From assembly GCF_004010195.1 (NCBI RefSeq), contig NC_057718.1:77500274-77564273 (forward strand): 64,000 nt of DNA, read 5' to 3'. The DNA comes from Chiloscyllium plagiosum (Eukaryota). The notes beneath the pieces were generated by a model, which ran no database searches, was not told where the DNA came from, and saw nothing but the letters and a program-made list of their open reading frames with translations. Made by a program: the position numbers and the translations under genes. Shown here piece by piece: positions 63,201 to 64,000 of the stretch. The first letter of the stretch is position 1; the number at the start of each line of letters is the position of its first letter.

Positions 63201-64000
63201 CAATAACCAGCCTGAGTATGAGTCTCTCAGTGCCCAGCATAACCTGCATTGCCTTAAATGATCTTCCTAAATGTAAGCTATGACTAGAAAATAGCTGCAA
63301 CCACACCAAAAGTGGACAGAGCCATTGATTTCCTTTCTAGATCAAATGTGGGCTCCATTTCTGAATGACAGGACGCCCTTCAAAGAGCAATTGCAACATT
63401 TGCAAAGTACAGGTTGAAATCATTTATAATCACGGCATCATTCACATAAAATATGTGCAGTGTACAACTCTGTGAGGTGCAAATGCTTGTCACAAGCAAT
63501 CTTGACCATGTTATTGGACCTTGCAGATTGAAGATAAACATCTCTACGAAGTAGTTGTAATCATAGTGACCTTATGTTAGCCATAATTGGGCCACTGAGA
63601 ACCAAGCTAATGCAAGAGCTTATAAGCTGCACATGGGCACAGAACTAATAACCTCTCAACTTGAACTGTAAGAATAGTGCAACATGTTCTTATCGATAAA
63701 TTTGCCCTTCTTGTGTGATGGGGGGGCTGGGAAGAAAAGCATTCAGTACTCCTGCAGCATTTACAATCTCCTGTCTCTGCAACATGACTAGTGGTGTTTT
63801 CAATGAAATAAGGTCCAAAGACAAATTTCTATGTCAAGTCATTCCATTAGCCAGCCTTATCAGAGTGCTCTGTGTCCCACTTTATGGGCGAGTATGCAAA
63901 ACTGTCATTTGTATGTTATGTAAATGCTGACTGCTCTCATGCTAATTCATTGCAAGCATGACTAATGGAGCAAGACACATCATATCGTTGCTGTTGCTGC

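Noticed and set aside
63380..63570. Open minus-strand frame of about 60 codons in unique sequence
   Set aside because: Weak acceptor, no recognisable motif, and the length is compatible with chance

Overview
Eukaryotic DNA made almost entirely of decayed transposable elements, with three N-gaps and no intact host gene. HE1/V-type SINEs, CR1 tails and Penelope tails suggest an elasmobranch (shark) genome (inference). The main structure is a 30.6-kb nested endogenous retrovirus at 13833-44400 (+). It has paired LTRs, a 5-bp GGGAC TSD, a tRNA-Arg PBS, pol and a gamma-type env, and it sits inside a Penelope remnant. Two convergent Gmr1-type (PR-IN-RT-RH) Ty3/gypsy elements have inserted into it, and these in turn carry a full-length CR1, a near-complete Penelope, a SINE and mini Penelope-derived inserts. 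The window also holds a second ERV (tRNA-Pro PBS, internally deleted gag), a GalEa-like Ty1/copia element (tRNA-iMet PBS), a Rex1/Babar fragment and many CR1 fragments. Three signals stand out. (1) Minimal hammerhead-ribozyme motifs (CUGANGA-helix II-GAAA-CGUH) occur in several Penelope-derived families, with a compensatory base-pair change visible between copies, and some short hammerhead-family units carry their own 15-16 bp TSDs. (2) An unassigned 1.35-kb decayed coding-like segment lies where the provirus should have gag-pro-RT. (3) The two LTRs of the provirus have non-homologous U3 middles. All calls were made by eye without database searches, and boundaries of old fragments are approximate.
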